Notes under the pieces: generated by a model
What the model was told of the DNA's origin: nothing
What the model saw: only the letters and a program-made list of their open reading frames with translations
The model's database searches: none
Shown: positions 59,834 to 64,000 of the stretch, piece by piece
Numbering within the stretch: the first letter of the stretch is position 1
Layout: each line of letters starts with the position of its first letter
Origin: Dicyema japonicum
Lineage: Eukaryota; Animalia; Dicyemida
NCBI GenBank assembly: GCA_011109175.1
Contig: RDEW01000053.1
Coordinates: 124,001 to 188,000, forward strand
Direction of reading: 5' to 3'
DNA: 64,000 nt
Made by a program: the position numbers and the translations under genes

Positions 59834-62800
59834 CATTTGATTCCTTGTTAAATAATTGTCTTTAATAAAAAAATAAATCATTTAAATCGATTTTTCATAG
59901 AATTGCTTTTCTCCAGTTTTTATAAATGATAATTTCCATAAATGGAATTGATATTCTGACATTTCCAAATCACTTCCTATTCTTTATGACAACTTAGAAA
60001 TATACAATAGTATTTTGGAAGATCAAGTAACTCCGTCTTTCACAACCAACATGTTTGAATAATTTTTTATTATAGGAGTTGAGGTCTCATACAAGGCTGA
60101 AAGGAACACTTAGAGAAAAGGGTTGTCAAAGGGGATGTTGTGTTGTGTACGATCCCTCTAGACTACAAAAATAGTTTGAAGAGAATTGGACTTGCTTATC
60201 GACCTCCTCTATTAAAATGGAAGGACGTTTCAATTAAGAGACTGAATTTCAGGGTTATGAACAAAGTTTTAGTTCGTTAAGATATTTTAGTTATCCTGGT
60301 TTCTTATCGACGCTTTATGGTGTCGAATAAATGATTTTCATCAACAAAGCCACGTGGTTTGTGACTATTTGATTTAATATTTCTTTTTAAGTGGCTTTAT
60401 TGGATCCACACTACTCAGGCGACATCAATTCTCTTGACGACATTCGAATGGAACCATCTCTTCATTCCACCTGAAGACAACTTCGCTCAAGTTTATTTGT
60501 TTGAATCATAAACACATTTTTAATCGTTAATTCATAAAAAAAGATATTTTCAGCACAAGGAATCCATTATTGCCTTTAGGCATTGAACACGCAGTGGGAG
60601 TTATCCCTCATGATTACGAGCCCAATTTTTTGGAAGTGTCATTCTAGGCTGTCCTTCCTGAATCCTGTAAGACACCCGATATGACACAGAAGGATCTATT
60701 TTTCACTATTCTAAAGAGTTAAAAGAACCAGTTATAGACGCCTACTTTATTTTCTTTTCTTACCACGTATTAATGATACATTTCACAATCTCTATTTTTG
60801 GATAGATCAGGAATAACCAATACTTTGTACAGATTCTCATATTTTGATTTCTCATGTTTTCTATCCTTTCGATTGGAATTCACCAAAAAAACATTCATGC
60901 ATCTTCAAGCATAAGACGTCCGTTAGCTTGTTAGAAAGGAATAGTAGTTAAATACGTCTTAGTGGATCTTTGCAAGACAGTGGGACTGTATAAGAACAAT
61001 TATATGATCTGTTAACGTAATAAATAAGTAATCAACTAAAAATGTTAACAAATGGCTAAAATTGGAAACTTTGGTAGCATAAGTTAGGTCGGCAATTTTC
61101 GGTGTCACAGCACTCGGAGTCATCAATGTTGCCTGTGCATAAAATTACTTCAGCCTAGCACTGGCCATGATTTCCATTTATCTTAAATATCTCAACCATT
61201 AAACCAGAAGAGGCGATTTTACTTGGATATCTAACCAGAAAATGTCAAGTTTTTTGCACGTAATAACTAACTGAATATTTTATATTTGCATCATTGCTGT
61301 CATCTGATTCAATGATAAATTTAGGAATATTGCACTATTCAAACAGAAAATATTGTTGATTGTAAAAAATATAAAACATCTTTTTTCATAGTAAATCCAG
61401 GGAAACCTGAAACCTCAAATATGAAATATAACGGTTAACTTAAAAGCAAAGTATTCTTGGACACTTGTCGCATTAGAGCAGCGTTACTCAACAGGATCCC
61501 CATGAATTTTAAATTTAAAAATTAAGCCTAAAAATTTATCCTCTCGTCCAAACGAATCTTTGTGTGCCGCATAGATACTGTCTTGCCCTTAAAACATTAC
61601 CAGAGGTGATGAAGGTAGTGATCGATCAAAATATAAAAATAATAAATATTATCCGTTCACAAGCTCTAAACATAATGTGAGAGCATGATTCTGAACACTC
61701 AATCTACTATTCATATAAAAGTAAGATGGCTTTCGAGCGGAAAGCACTGACGAGAGTTGTCGAGTTGTATAAGAGTATTTTCAGTTATTTGAATGACCGA
61801 TGATAAAAACATTTATCCAAATTTATTGATTTAAATATGTTGGAGCAAAATCACATTGATTTTAATACTTTAAGAGCGTGCGGATAAAGGTGAGGTACTA
61901 TCGGTGTCTATTGAGGAGATTCACTATTTATAGCCTATAGTGACCCAAAATATAATAATTTATTTTGAAATAAAATTCAATGCTGGTCACAAGACACACA
62001 AATCACTTAAAACTCTATTGATTTTAAAGCCACGTGGCGCCATTAGCTGTATGTGGCTAATCGGTTGAAAGCTTATCTTTCTTACATTTGATGTCGTTAT
62101 TGGATCCTTACTCACCTTACTTAGGAAACGGTATTCAAAAGAATCCACCTATTCTTTCCACCGGGGAAACGATTTCGTTCCCTCGAGACGAGTTCTGTAA
62201 TCGACTTCAAGTCCCAGGACAACGGTTTTGTTGATCAGGATTAAGGAATTAGGTTATTTTGGTTTCACCCTTCGTTTTTGGATTATTTTATTATTTACTT
62301 ATTGACTAAGCTTACAAGGGATAATCTTACTCCGCTTTTTCTGGAGCCCTTTCCTGATGATGTTAGTTGGAAATGAAAAGTCGACACGTGGAATTATCGT
62401 TGAATTCTTTTTTAAAAGATCTCTGCTCTTGGTCTGTGTTAATAGTATTTTGTCTCAGGAGTGAATCGTATCAACAAAGTCCTTGTCTGATAAATCCCAG
62501 GTTCGATGAATGGATATTATTTTACTGATTACATAAAAATATTACATTTTTGATAGAATTTGGAGATCTTGAAATTCAAGAATCTGTTTACAAAGGGTCT
62601 TGTTGGCCTTTAAATTTCCTAATTTAGGGGGTAACTTTTCATTTCTAAGGTTCATTACGCTCGAAAGTCATGGGGACCATTTTCCGATAAAAAAGGTTGA
62701 GGTTCCAATTCATACATTCAGTAAATTTTAAGCATCAAAGGTTACTTGGACAGTACGTCCAGTGATATTCGGATCGAGCCCTCTAAGGCAATCTGTTGTG

Positions 62801-63429
62801 TAAGAAGGACAAACTCTCTGTTAGAGTCGGAAGGGAAGACACGTGAGGCGATAACGGAGTGATAGGCTGAATGTCAGAATAATGAGATCGCTTGTGAGAG
62901 TTCACTAAAATTGACCATGGTTTTTTGTAATCGTTTTGATTGAAAATGTCAATCGTGCAGTTCGGAGCTTTTATTTATGAAAGACTAATCTCCACTTCAA
63001 GGCCACTTGAAGGTATGGTTACTAAGCATGCTGTTTATTTGTACAAAAAGCATTATTGGCAAAACTGTAGGTGTTTGAGTCATGATTAAGCCAAAATTCC
63101 CCCACGTTCACCTACGGGCCCTTGAAGACAACGAATACTGAAACGCAGACTCCCTGACTTAGCAGAATCCCTGCTCCAAGATCAATTTCCCTACGGTGGC
63201 GATATTATCCATCGTTGTCTTATATAGTATCTAAACATCGCCACATAAACGGAATAAAAAACTATAAAAGCCGAAGCTCTTGAAGATAAAATGAAAGTGG
63301 AGAGGTGAGGGTTATTTTTGACAAATCATCAAAGTGAATCATCTGTATCTGTGATGGAAGCATACCCCAAGTGCATTCATAAATATCGAATAAATCCCCA
63401 TACACCGGTGCAATTCATGAGGACCTAGT

Positions 63430-63720
63430 TGCGTGTCCATTCAAAATGGCCTCTTTCAAAATGGCCTCCAATTAATTTTTTAGGTTTTGGGTAAGTTCAT
63501 CAATAAACATCACGAGATTTTAGCGAAACGACATCTTTAGGTAAAAAAGTCATCTTTTTTAAATCTTATAAAAATTGATTTTAAGGGGTCCTATATGTAA
63601 GTGGAACTTTTTACCAAGGTCCTCGAAATCTTTAGGTAAAAAAGTCATCTATTTAAATCTTATAAAAATTGATTTTAAGGGGTCCTATGGGTGAGCGGAA
63701 CATTTAACCAAAGTCCTCCA
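63430..63720. repeat. Dispersed repeat family B with a 95-bp tandem subrepeat
   Basis: Homologous to 4968-5175. ATCTTTAGGTAAAAAAGTCATC occurs at 63533 and 63628. Confidence 0.8.
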
Positions 63721-64000
63721 AACCCTATGATTTTAAGATACTAATTGACTTCGGAATAAAAATTAATTATTTTTATTAAAACTAAATTTAATAAGTGATT
63801 GTCTCTTTTAATTTCTTTTATTATAATAAAACTTTTGAATAATTTAATTAATTAATTGATTCACTATTGCATGCCGTTTCTTGTTAACCAAAAGGGAAAT
63901 AGAAGTTTAGAACATGATGGAAATCTGTATCATTTAAAATACAGGAAGGACATATCACATATTGGAGGTGCTCAGATCGTACTTGTCTTGGATCTGTAAA

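Noticed and set aside
59900-63400. Genes or ncRNAs in the ORF-free tail of the window
   Set aside because: I saw only faint similarity between about 60340 and 62020 (AAAGCCACGTGG...TTATTGGATCC) and no interpretable coding or structural signal.
1-64000. Microsporidian, ciliate or prokaryotic origin
   Set aside because: The genes are intron-dense, use TAA/TAG/TGA as stops, and include SMAD, a pLGIC and ATAT1, which argues for an animal.

Overview
This is eukaryotic nuclear DNA in the standard genetic code, most likely from a highly reduced animal. The evidence is a SMAD, a Jun-like bZIP, a pentameric ligand-gated channel, ATAT1 and an NPL4 with the C-terminal NZF finger. Nearly every intron I could resolve is only 20-27 nt long. 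That is the known hallmark of dicyemid mesozoans, but the taxon is an inference. About nine compact host genes sit as islands: NPL4, SMAD, a stand-alone BPL_N protein, RPUSD2, a Cys-less pLGIC, a C2H2 + PP2C-pseudophosphatase gene, a SOWAH-like ankyrin protein, a bZIP and ATAT1. Between them is a dense field of decayed mobile elements: CRE-like and R4-like RLE retrotransposons, Jockey/CR1-like LINE pieces, probable Penelope-like pieces, pogo, Tc1/IS630, Ginger-like integrase and a tRNA-derived SINE family. The most notable observations are: (1) two 3-nt and one 12-nt microexons between nano-introns in the ankyrin gene; (2) a near-complete CRE-type retrotransposon with an exact twin-priming-like 5' inversion, plus a second older head-to-head case; (3) a zinc-finger/PP2C gene that has lost its metal-binding aspartates; (4) weak-donor GC-AG nano-introns. 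Several conserved genes carry single-base deletions in homopolymers, probably consensus sequencing errors, so frameshifts here should not be read as pseudogenisation. All alignments were done by eye from remembered family motifs; no searches were run. I found no CRISPR arrays, rRNA or credible tRNA genes. The region 59.9-64 kb is mostly unassignable decayed sequence.
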